A DNA stretch of 64,000 bases from Phaeosaccion multiseriatum. Its lineage: Eukaryota > Protista > Ochrophyta, other classes. Of this stretch, positions 9,993-19,543 are shown in pieces (position 1 is the stretch's first letter; every line of letters begins with the position of its first letter). A program made the position numbers and the translations under genes. The stretch is from positions 1,550,001-1,614,000 of the forward strand of contig OZ218963.1 of NCBI GenBank assembly GCA_965112735.1, given 5' to 3'. The notes beneath the pieces were generated by a model. That model was not told the origin of the DNA. It saw only the letters and a program-made list of their open reading frames with translations, and searched no databases.

Positions 9993-11109
9993 ATGGCCAC
10001 CAAGGGGAACGAGAAAAGCATCAAGGTGATCCCCTTCCCCACATCAGCCGTCCCGTCTCTCGAAGACTTCGACGACTGGGCACGTAGCTTTACTGCCCAC
10101 TGCGGACTCTACAATGACCTCGACGACATCATCGCAGGCACTGAGACGCCACCACGATTCATGCGGGCCATTCCAACAGGGCCTCAACCGAGGACCAGAC
10201 AGCAGCATGAACTTAGCGAGGACACTCCCCAAATGGAGCAGATTCCTCACGCCGAACTGAGCGAGGAGCAGCTTGACAAGATAGCTGCCTTCCACAAGCG
10301 CAACAAGACACTCTTTCACCGGCTGTACCTCAGCTGTGAAAACCACTCCACTGCTAAGAAGCTGGTCCTCGCCCACGGAAATGACGGCACCAGCATTCGC
10401 AACGACGGCCTGCGCGCCTGGACAGCGTTGAAGGAGAAATATGAAACCTCCCATGGGCCACGCATCGCACTCCTCTATGGGAGACTGCAGAACTGCCGCA
10501 TGGACACCCAAGACGCTGACATGGACGCCTACATCCACGACCTAGAAAGGATCAGGGACATGCTGCAATTACAAGGTGAGAGCGTCAGCGACGCTCACCT
10601 TTGCACACAGCTACTGACCGGAGTACACTCATACTACGGCACCACGCTGCGCTTCATTCGAGCCCAGCACTGCGACTACGAAGCCGCCAAGAAGATTCTA
10701 TCGGAGGCGCAACAGCAACGCCTGATCGAGCAGGCCACCAAGCGCTCCGGCACTAAACCAGACACGAAACAAGAAGGCCGACAGGGACGCGGAGGACAAA
10801 GCACTTCACACCCTGGCCAGCAAAACAGACACCACGGCAACTCCGCCCACAGCGCGATTGCCCCCGTACGCGGCCGCGGAGGAGGCGGCCGAGGCTCCGG
10901 CCACAACAACAATGCCCGGAACAACAACAACAGCGGTCGCGGACCACCCCGGAACACCAACGGAGGCAACAACCGTACCAACGACACCCGACCCCGATGC
11001 TACAACTGCTACAGGCGCGGGCACACCGCGCAGGAATGCCGCAGCAACGCCTACTGTGTGATATGCAAGACGGAGGGACATCGCACCCAAGATTGTACCC
11101 ACGACGCTC
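9993..11109 (+). CDS. gag: Copia-1 gag (first part of a gag-pol ORF interrupted by Copia-2)
   Basis: Copia gag signature (DGLRAWTALKEKY) and two CCHC knuckles, CYNCYRRGHTAQEC and CVICKTEGHRTQDC. Confidence 0.9.
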
Positions 11110-11408
11110 TGTTGTGATAAGTATCGCCATTTGTGACTGAGCACTATATCGACGTACAATATCGATGTGGATATCGATATTCATGTATGGCCACGGCCAT
11201 CACTTCCTTGAACGCATCTCTCAGTAGGTATTATTAATACACGAGTTGACACTACTCTAGCTTGTCCCTGTCATCGTAGAGGAGATATCGCAATACGACA
11301 GCTGTCGCGACACTTCACAGCTAGCTGGTTCTACGTAGTCGGCGACGGCACACAGGCGAGTTTTGGTCGGATAACTCAAGTGAGAGAGAAGGAGTCCTTT
11401 CGTTAGCC

Positions 11409-12239
11409 ATGCCAGGCGCGGAAGAAGAAGGCGTTGAAAAGGCGGACGCAGCGGCGCCCGTCAGTGCGAGTTCCGCGATAGAAGGAGACGCACAGCAGCA
11501 GATGGCTGAAATGATGGAAAAGATGATAGCGGCAGCGTTGGCCAAACACATCACACAGCAAGGAGTGCCCACGGCAGCGGCCGCAGCACCAGTCACTATC
11601 TCCTCAGTCGGAGGAACAGTGACCCCCAGCGGGGGGGGGAGTACAGCACAGCAGCTGCTAGAACTCACGTTCAAGCCGAAGAACAATGAGTTTGACAAGA
11701 AGTTGGAATCGGAGGGAGTGATGCCTCTCTTGCGATTTATGCGAGCGGTCACGGATCACATAGGGGGGATGGGGGCAAAGGCATTCTTGGTGGATAGTGA
11801 TAAGATCCCCAACGCAGACGACGCCTTCCGGGACTCTAAGTATGCCCTGACGTTCAGTCTGTACCAACAGACGGGCCTCAAGATTTTGGAGGCCATTCCC
11901 TCGGACATGAGGGATGCCATAGAAGAACGCACTCGCACAGCGCGGTTCCAAGTGGACCTGGTACTATTGATGCAGGCAATCAAGGAGGCAGTGATGGGGA
12001 GCACGCAGTCACAGCGACAAGAGTTTCTCACCTCCGAGATGCACGATCTGAGGCCAGGGGTGGGGGAGACGGGACTTGCCTACCTCAACAAGTTTCTCCA
12101 ACTCAACGTGTTGATGACGGAGGAGCAGCTTCCTATGTCCTACTCCATCATCAAGGACAAGTTCCTCAGGCGTATGGGGCAGAGATGGGAGTCGTTCGGC
12201 CAAGTGCACGGTCATTCGGTAGAGACAGGACGAGTTTAA
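11409..12239 (+). CDS. gag: Copia-2 gag N-terminal part (frameshift near 12222-12239)
   Basis: First ORF after the 5' LTR. The +1 frame is open from ~12223 and leads into the Zn knuckles. Confidence 0.8.
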   Translation: MPGAEEEGVEKADAAAPVSASSAIEGDAQQQMAEMMEKMIAAALAKHITQQGVPTAAAAAPVTISSVGGTVTPSGGGSTAQQLLELTFKPKNNEFDKKLESEGVMPLLRFMRAVTDHIGGMGAKAFLVDSDKIPNADDAFRDSKYALTFSLYQQTGLKILEAIPSDMRDAIEERTRTARFQVDLVLLMQAIKEAVMGSTQSQRQEFLTSEMHDLRPGVGETGLAYLNKFLQLNVLMTEEQLPMSYSIIKDKFLRRMGQRWESFGQVHGHSVETGRV

Positions 12240-12255
12240 TCGGTTCAAACAGCAA

Positions 12256-14547
12256 GTGCAGCGGTTTGACAGTGACCTCCAAGCGCAAGCGAGGGAGGCG
12301 GGAGAGGACCTTGAGCGGGGCCTTTTCCACATTTACCAGCAAAGGCAGAAGACACAGCAACCAGCAGGGGGGGGTAGACAGACCACCACAGGGGCAGGAG
12401 AGAAAGATCGGTCCAACACACGCTGTTACAGGTGTGGGAGAAAGGGGCACATGCGGACGACGTGTCCGTCCAAGGAGGAGCTGTGTTTCAACTGCCACAA
12501 GCCGGGGCACCAGCGTGCAGACTGCCCAAACAGCAGGAAGAAGAAAGATGGCGAGCATGTGGAAGGCTCCACCAGCGCCATTTTCAGCATTCCGTGGACG
12601 CTACAGGAGAGGGGGAGCGGCCATTCTCTCTACCATATGTCCAAGCTGAAGTCGGGGGCGGATGGCACACGGCAGGGGCTCGCAGACAGCGGATCGGCGC
12701 TCAATGTGTGGCCCAACTTGGATGGACTGTACGATTTCTGCGCTCATCAGAGTTTAGTGCAACTCGCAGACGGCAAGTCGCACGCGCAGATAATGGGCAA
12801 AGGGAAGGTGAACATCAGCTACGTCTCCAACGACGGCAAAAGAGGACTGAAGGGGCTGGAGGTAGTGGTGTCGCCAGACGTACCTTTCTGCATTTTTGCA
12901 GAGAAGAACCTCTCAGACCTACTGGGGGGGAGCGCAAGGCCAGCGGGGAAGCCAGTCTATTTCGGCCCCTCAGCAGACGCACCAGAGACGGTGCACACGA
13001 CGCAGGACCCAGAGCTGGGGCTTGACATGCTACAATTCAAGATCGAGGAGACCACGGAGCAGTGGAGTGATTACATGACTTACCACTGCAAGAAGGGCCA
13101 CCGCAACGATCAAGAACTACGGCGACAGGCCAAGCTGGAGGGCGTGACACTGTGCGGGAAGAGGGCGCCGTGCAAGACTTGCGCAGAGGTGAAGATGACG
13201 AAGGCAGCTCAGAGTAAGCAGTTCATCGACTACCCCAAGGCACCGCTGGCACAGGTAACGCTCGACACCATTCCTCTCGAAGGAGAGCACGTGTTGCAGG
13301 CGTGCTGCCCGCACACGGGTATGGGCTGGTGCAGGAAGGTGGGGGGAAAGACGGAGGCGCACTTCCAGAGCGTGTATGACGACCTCAACACCACAGTATT
13401 CATTCCAGGGGAGAGGACAGCGGGGTACAAGGTGCAGTGTCTGTCAGCAGACAACGGATCGGAGCTCATCAAGACGAAGGCAGCGAAGAAGATGCTCTAC
13501 TCCCAGGGCATTGAGGTCAAGCTGACGGACCCCAATTGTCAAGCGCAGAACGGACTGAACGAGGCTCGACACAAGGAGCTGGCGCGAATGTCTATTCTTT
13601 TCATTGAGGAGGCGAAGCTGGAGGAGCACTCGAAGCAGCTGAGGTTCGTAGCGTACAAGTTGGCGCAGCTTCTCTACAACACCAGGTGCAGGAGGGGGCA
13701 GCAGCAGTCCCCCTACGAGCTGTATTTCAAGCGCAAGCCTGACCTACAGCACCTACACATCTTCGGAGAGCAGGCGAAGGTGCGGGTGGGCAACAAGAAG
13801 CACAAGCAGTGGCACAACGACAAGACGCACTCGGCAGTGTACGTGGGACAGAGCCCCAACCACAGATCAGCCTGTCTCCTTTTCTACATCCCTTCACAGA
13901 AGCGGTTCATCTCCAGCTCGTCCTACACATTCGTGACGAACCGCAGACACGACGGCACGGTGTTCGGGAGTCACGTGGAGAAGGGGAAGCTACCAGAGAC
14001 AGCGGAGAAGGAGGATGACAGCGAGGACGAGGACCAGCCCTCGAGCAGCGGGAGCAGCAGCAGGAGCAGCAGCAGGAGCAGCAGCAGGAGCAGCAGCAGT
14101 AGCGCGAGCGGGGGAGGTGGGGGCGGGACCAAGAGTGGAACCGTCACATGGAACACGAGATTAGAGGAGGCACAGCCAGCCCCACAGCAGCAACAGACAT
14201 CACGCTGGGAACAGGTTCTCACCCGAGAGTTCGTGGAGAAGTTACAACTCGAAGGAGAAGGCCTGGAGCGACGTCAGCACGCCGAGCGGCAACAGAGGGA
14301 GCAGACGGCAAAGCAGCAACAGAGAGAGCAGCAGAAACAGCAAGTAGAGCAGCAAGAGCAGCAGCAGCAGCAGGCAGAGCAGCAACAGGCAGAGCAGCAG
14401 CAGGAAGAGCCAACGCAGCAGGCTGAGCCGCCAGAGAGAGGCAAACTCTGGACATACGAGGTGGCCAAAGATGGCGACAAGGGAGCCAAGGAGCACGACT
14501 GGGGCCACGATCCCAGCCTGGGCCGCACGCGTAGCGGCAAGCACTGA
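12256..14547 (+). CDS. pol: Copia-2 Zn knuckles, aspartic protease and integrase
   Basis: CYRCGRKGHMRTTC, CFNCHKPGHQRADC, ADSGSA, HCKKGH…CKTC, SADNGSE, QNGLNE. Confidence 0.92.
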   Translation: MQRFDSDLQAQAREAGEDLERGLFHIYQQRQKTQQPAGGGRQTTTGAGEKDRSNTRCYRCGRKGHMRTTCPSKEELCFNCHKPGHQRADCPNSRKKKDGEHVEGSTSAIFSIPWTLQERGSGHSLYHMSKLKSGADGTRQGLADSGSALNVWPNLDGLYDFCAHQSLVQLADGKSHAQIMGKGKVNISYVSNDGKRGLKGLEVVVSPDVPFCIFAEKNLSDLLGGSARPAGKPVYFGPSADAPETVHTTQDPELGLDMLQFKIEETTEQWSDYMTYHCKKGHRNDQELRRQAKLEGVTLCGKRAPCKTCAEVKMTKAAQSKQFIDYPKAPLAQVTLDTIPLEGEHVLQACCPHTGMGWCRKVGGKTEAHFQSVYDDLNTTVFIPGERTAGYKVQCLSADNGSELIKTKAAKKMLYSQGIEVKLTDPNCQAQNGLNEARHKELARMSILFIEEAKLEEHSKQLRFVAYKLAQLLYNTRCRRGQQQSPYELYFKRKPDLQHLHIFGEQAKVRVGNKKHKQWHNDKTHSAVYVGQSPNHRSACLLFYIPSQKRFISSSSYTFVTNRRHDGTVFGSHVEKGKLPETAEKEDDSEDEDQPSSSGSSSRSSSRSSSRSSSSSASGGGGGGTKSGTVTWNTRLEEAQPAPQQQQTSRWEQVLTREFVEKLQLEGEGLERRQHAERQQREQTAKQQQREQQKQQVEQQEQQQQQAEQQQAEQQQEEPTQQAEPPERGKLWTYEVAKDGDKGAKEHDWGHDPSLGRTRSGKH

Positions 14548-14583
14548 CATGCTGTCTCCTCCATACTAGGCCCACTCTTTCTG

Positions 14584-16191
14584 ATGCCAGGCCTAAAGGA
14601 GAGCGAGGTACCGATACCGCGGTCTCTGGCCCAGGCTCAAGCAGGAGAGTACGCGGAGCAATGGACGGAGGCGTACTGGGCAGAGCTCAACGCGATCGAG
14701 CAAAGCCAGGTATGGGAGGAGGTTGATTATCAAGAGGGGATGAATGTGCTGCATACAGTCATGCTATTCAGAGCAAAGGTGACTGGGGGACTTGTGGATA
14801 GGCTCAAGTGTCGATTTGTCGTGATGGGGAACGAGCAGATCGAGGGGGAGGATTACTTTGATACCTTTGCACCAGTGGTGGGGAGCTCGACGATGAAGAT
14901 GTTCTTTGCTATCACGTGCCAGAAGAAGTGGGTATTGGAGTTTGCAGATGTGGAGACGGCTTTCCTGCATGCACCTCTGCATGAGGGGGAGTACGTGTAC
15001 ATTAGAGCACCAGAGGGCATGAGAAAGTTCGGGAAGGTGCTGAGGCTGTTGAAGAGTCTGTACGGTCTTCATCAGTCTCCCAAGAGGTGGAACGAGACAG
15101 TGGTGGCATTTCTACTCGCAATGGGGTGGGTACAGTGCCCAGTGGATCCGTGTCTGTTCGCCAGGTTCGAGGAGGGGGAGCTAATAGGGCTCATCATTCT
15201 ATATGTAGACGACCTAGGAGGGTCAGGGGAGGGAAATCTCATTGACTGCACTTTCAAGGAGATTGACGAGCGTTTCAAGTTGAAGCGTTTGGGGTCGAAT
15301 GTGGGGAAATTTCTGGGAGTTGAAGTTGACTACGCATTCGAGGCGGGACAGCTCAGGCTTTCGCTAGGAGGGTATCTTAGAGCGATGCTTGAGAAGTTCG
15401 ACATGACGGAGGTACCTGTGTACGGCTCACCAGCAGAGCAGGGGGTACATTTGTCAGTGGGTATGGAGCCAAGCACCACAGAGGAGGAGGAATTCATGCA
15501 GGACAAACCATACTGCTCAGCGGTAGGGTCAATCCTATGGGTTGCCAACTGGGTGAGGCTTGATGTATCCTTCGCCATCATGCAGTGTGCTCGTTTTATG
15601 AAGAGGCCGGGGCCTCGACACTGGGCAGCATTGCAGCGCATTTTCGGGTACTTTAGAGGTAGTTTAGACTTGGGAATTGAGTTTGATCGAGAGGCGGGGC
15701 TTCATCTGGAGGCATACGCAGACTCGAGCTGGGCAGATGACGTCGACAGGCGCAGGAGCTCAGGGGGATACGTCGTGACATTCGGCGGGGGAGTGATTGC
15801 TCACAAGGCAACACTATTTAAGGTCATAGCACAGTGCTCTATGGAGAGTGAGTACATGGCCGCAGCGGAAGCAGTGAAGGAGTTGCTGTTTCACAGAGGG
15901 ATTCTGGAGTTTCTGTTTCCAGGAGCCAACATGACGGAGTCGATTGTGCACGAGGACAATCAAGGGTGCATTCAGATGGCAAATGGCAACGCGGGCACCA
16001 AGCGCGTACGTCACATCGACATTCGTTATCATTTCCTGCAGTACCACGTGGACAAGGGACACGTTCGGTTTCAGTACATCAGCACAAAGGACCAGCTTGG
16101 GGACATCATGACCAAGGCATTGGCACCTCAGGTACACAGCGGTCTGGCGGGGCAGATGCTCAAGAAGGGAGACAGGAAAGGGGGGGACTAG
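14584..16191 (+). CDS. pol: Copia-2 reverse transcriptase plus RNase H
   Basis: DVETAFLHA, LKSLYGLHQSP, LYVDDL, YADSSWA, EDNQGC, RHIDIRYH, DIMTKAL. Same frame as 12256-14547 after one TGA. Confidence 0.96.
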   Translation: MPGLKESEVPIPRSLAQAQAGEYAEQWTEAYWAELNAIEQSQVWEEVDYQEGMNVLHTVMLFRAKVTGGLVDRLKCRFVVMGNEQIEGEDYFDTFAPVVGSSTMKMFFAITCQKKWVLEFADVETAFLHAPLHEGEYVYIRAPEGMRKFGKVLRLLKSLYGLHQSPKRWNETVVAFLLAMGWVQCPVDPCLFARFEEGELIGLIILYVDDLGGSGEGNLIDCTFKEIDERFKLKRLGSNVGKFLGVEVDYAFEAGQLRLSLGGYLRAMLEKFDMTEVPVYGSPAEQGVHLSVGMEPSTTEEEEFMQDKPYCSAVGSILWVANWVRLDVSFAIMQCARFMKRPGPRHWAALQRIFGYFRGSLDLGIEFDREAGLHLEAYADSSWADDVDRRRSSGGYVVTFGGGVIAHKATLFKVIAQCSMESEYMAAAEAVKELLFHRGILEFLFPGANMTESIVHEDNQGCIQMANGNAGTKRVRHIDIRYHFLQYHVDKGHVRFQYISTKDQLGDIMTKALAPQVHSGLAGQMLKKGDRKGGD

Positions 16192-16519
16192 TTTTAGTTC
16201 AGTAGTTTTAGTATGAGGTTTTCAGGACTTTGTCTCGGGGGGGTTTTAGGACAAGTCAGGTGTTTCCTCATTGTGTTTGTGGTAGAGTGTCAGCTATCAA
16301 GAGAGATAGTGATTCAGTCATAGGAGGGTGTTGTGATAAGTATCGCCATTTGTGACTGAGCACTATATCGACGTACAATATCGATGTGGATATCGATATT
16401 CATGTATGGCCACGGCCATCACTTCCTTGAACGCATCTCTCAGTAGGTATTATTAATACACGAGTTGACACTACTCTAGCTTGTCCCTGTCATCGTAGAG
16501 GAGATATCGCAATACGCTC

Positions 16520-17625
16520 GCGGCTGCTCGAATGGAGCACGCGCACAAAGCATGATGTCCAACACTCCACCACCTATGGAGCACGCTTACGACTCTGACG
16601 AGGAGACTGTACTGGACACGCCTCCTCGACGAGGGGGCGGGCGCCCCAACGCATCCATGGCCGTCAGCATGATGGCAGCAGACGAGCACACCCCCGGACT
16701 TCGCTTCCTCGTCGACTCCGGCAGCAATCAGTACATCACCAACGTCTACACGGATTTGCTCAACGCCCGCCCCACCCACTCCGAGATCAAAGTCGGTGGC
16801 GGCACAGTGAATGCCACCGCCATCGGCGACGCCCACTTCATGCTCACCGCTTCTACTGGCGACTTGGTCTACATCACCCTTCGCGACGTCCTTTACGTCC
16901 CTCGCATGGGCGCACGCCTCATCTCGGTCCAGCGCAGCATCGACGATGGCATCAGCTGCACCATGACGAAGACCCACGCCTACATGACACTGCCAAACGG
17001 CGTGCGGCTCCCCTTGGAGCGCACCAACCGTCTCTTCGTTCTGCACGCCCGACCGGCCGATATCTACACTGCCTATACGGCCACGGTGCCTCCCTCCGAG
17101 GGGGCGACCACCACGCGCGCTATAGCGCCCAGGACAACAGAGCGAGTCACCGCGCCGCCCAACGACGATGAAGACAGCGCACTTCCTGGGGGCGCTGCCC
17201 CACATGCCAGCGATCACAGCAAACGCATGCTCTACGGAGTGCGTTGGCACTGTCGACTAGGCCACATCAACGTCGCGGACCTCAACCGAGTACTGGCAAC
17301 GCGCAGCACCAAACCATCACGACCCTACTCAGCGATCGAATGCGCCGTTTGCACAACATGCAAATCACATCACCAACCACTCACTGGCGGAGACTCGATG
17401 GCTCCTACCAGACGAGCAGAGGCCCTCTACATGGACCTACTGGGCAAATTCGACCCCTCCATACGACGGCACCGGTATGCCCTCGGCATCATCTGCCGCC
17501 TCACCAGCCGCAAATGGATCTTCACAATGAAGAAGAAGGAGAGCGTGCCGGAGCTCATCGTCGAGTTCTTCGACACCGTCATCCGCCCGGACGATCTCAA
17601 GGTGAGCCGCATAAAGAGCGACTAT
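16520..17625 (+). CDS. pol: Copia-1 protease and integrase N-terminus (continuation of ORF 9993, interrupted by the Gypsy)
   Basis: LVDSGSN, WHCRLGH…CAVC, YMDLLG, RIKSD. In frame with gag once Copia-2 and one TSD are removed. Confidence 0.9.
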
Positions 17626-17872
17626 AGGTCGCTTTTACAACCCGTTTTGACACAATTGCTGGTGAGGATATCCGAAAAACAAAGGAAGGAGAGGAAGGAA
17701 GGACAGGACCGGGAAGGCAGGAGGCACACAGGCCACCTAGGACCAGACTCGGAGGCGGTAGGCAGTACCAGCACACGGCCTACAGGGGACAGTGGCTGCC
17801 ACAGCGGTGGGCAGAGGATAGGCAGCAGGCAGGGAGCGAACAGCAGAAGCGGCACAGCAGTGTGGAGGTGAC

Positions 17873-19543
17873 GTGAGGGGCGCTCGGTCGGCCACAGCGG
17901 CACCCATGGCGGATTCTCCCACCAGTGTGGTCCCGAGTGGTGTTCGGACTCGCGCCCAGCGCGCTGCCGCTGAGGAAACACGTGCTGCAGGCGAGGCAAC
18001 AGCGACGGTCACGCCCCCATCTACCCCTCGTACGTCAGGATTTCTCCAGCGTCTCTCTGGTGGTTTCACTGGGTTCCTCTCTCGGCAGTCGGCGGCCCTC
18101 TCGGCGGCTGACGAGGCGGAGGTGGACGCTCAGGCTGAGCGGGATGTGGACCGGGTTATACAGGCTGCTGCTGCCCTCGAGGCTGATGCCGCGGCTGGAG
18201 CGGTGGAGGAGGAGGAGGAGGAGAATTCGGAGGAGGAGGAGGAGGAGGAGGCGGAGGAGGAGGAAGGGACGGCTTCGGCGGCAGCGGGGATGGCAGGGGG
18301 TACTGTGGGCGCTGTGGCAGACGGCAGGGCTGCGACTGCTGCAGCCCCGACGGTAGCGGAGGCAGCGGGCGGCATCGCTGTCGGTGACGGGTTGGGGGTG
18401 CAGCAGCGGTTGCTAGCGGCTCAGATGTTGGGGCTGCAGCAGCAGATGGCCAGTTTGCATCTCCAAGCCTTGCCGACCGGTGGCCCTGTGCTGGGGGGGG
18501 GGGTGCAGACGATTCGGAGCTTGCCCGCTAAACTCTCTCTCATGCCCACGCTCACCTGGGGCATGACGCACCGGGCCACGTTGGAGGTCGTCTCCGAGTG
18601 GATGCAGCAGCTGGAGTCCTGGGGCTACATGCGGCACGGGGAGGTGAAGGAAGAGCAGTGGGTGGAGGTGCAGCGTCTCATGACTGAGGGTTTCTCGGTG
18701 ATGGAGCGGAGTAAGCTCGATACAGCGGTGAGTGTGGAGATGTCTGCACCTGACACTCCGCCTTTCTACCACGCGGCCGTGAGGGCGCTATTCCGGTTCT
18801 TTCACACGGTCGAGCTGCAGAGCGCCGCGGTGGTACGGAGCCTGGTGACGTCCGAGTTGACGGGCTGCATGGAGTCCAATCTCAAGCTGGTGACGGGGGT
18901 GTATCAGGTTAACGGCCTCAGGGCCTTGTTGGCGCAGGTCGGCGGCGATGCTCTGGCCGCCATCGTGGATCAGGAGGGGATGGCGGTTCTGGAGGCTCAA
19001 GCCATGCATCGGCGCAGGGGCATCAGTCAGCAGTCGCTCACCAACGCCATCCTGCAGGAGGTGAACATGGCGATGGCACACAAGCACTCCTGGGCGGCCT
19101 TGGGGACTATGTTGGAGCGGAAGTGCCCCCAGGAGTTCGAGCAGGTGCTCATGGATCACAGCCAGTTGTCGTGCGGGGGTGGCGGTCGTGGCGGTGGTGG
19201 TGGGGGCGGTGGGGGTGGCAGGCCTAGGAGGGAGAGCATGGACATCAACGCCGTGGATCTGCCGGCTTCTGCTGCCGCTACCACCTCCATGGCGGCATCG
19301 GGTGCCACCCCGCAGACTGTGGGGGCCGTGGTGCCGGCTCTGCACGCGCCGGCGGATCGCTGCTATGGGTGTGGTCAGACAGGGCACTTCCGTTTTGGGT
19401 GTAATGTGGTGCCCCCAACCCCGGGCCTGAAGCGCGCGTTGATGAAGCAATTGAAGCGGAAGCTGGCGGAGGACCCGGATTTCGACGCCATCTCCGAGAT
19501 GGTTCGGGGCGTGCAGGCAGAGGCAGCGGGTGGTCTGTTGTGA
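17873..19543 (+). CDS. gag: Gypsy gag
   Basis: 556-aa ORF with an MDINAV motif and CCHC knuckle CYGCGQTGHFRFGC, upstream of pol. Confidence 0.85.
   Translation: MRGARSATAAPMADSPTSVVPSGVRTRAQRAAAEETRAAGEATATVTPPSTPRTSGFLQRLSGGFTGFLSRQSAALSAADEAEVDAQAERDVDRVIQAAAALEADAAAGAVEEEEEENSEEEEEEEAEEEEGTASAAAGMAGGTVGAVADGRAATAAAPTVAEAAGGIAVGDGLGVQQRLLAAQMLGLQQQMASLHLQALPTGGPVLGGGVQTIRSLPAKLSLMPTLTWGMTHRATLEVVSEWMQQLESWGYMRHGEVKEEQWVEVQRLMTEGFSVMERSKLDTAVSVEMSAPDTPPFYHAAVRALFRFFHTVELQSAAVVRSLVTSELTGCMESNLKLVTGVYQVNGLRALLAQVGGDALAAIVDQEGMAVLEAQAMHRRRGISQQSLTNAILQEVNMAMAHKHSWAALGTMLERKCPQEFEQVLMDHSQLSCGGGGRGGGGGGGGGGRPRRESMDINAVDLPASAAATTSMAASGATPQTVGAVVPALHAPADRCYGCGQTGHFRFGCNVVPPTPGLKRALMKQLKRKLAEDPDFDAISEMVRGVQAEAAGGLL

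Larger units (their letters stand above)
11110..16514 (+). mobile_element. Complete Ty1/Copia retrotransposon (Copia-2), 186-bp identical LTRs, 5-bp TSD CGCTC
   Basis: LTRs 11110-11295 and 16329-16514 identical by eye, CGCTC at 11105-11109 and 16515-16519, PPT AGGAGGG before the 3' LTR, domain order gag-PR-IN-RT-RH. Confidence 0.97.

Noticed and set aside
17660-17676. TGGTGAGG... as a canonical tRNA PBS of the Gypsy
   Set aside because: It lies 20 nt from the LTR end defined by the 3' LTR and TSD, too far for a normal PBS. Kept only as an alternative.
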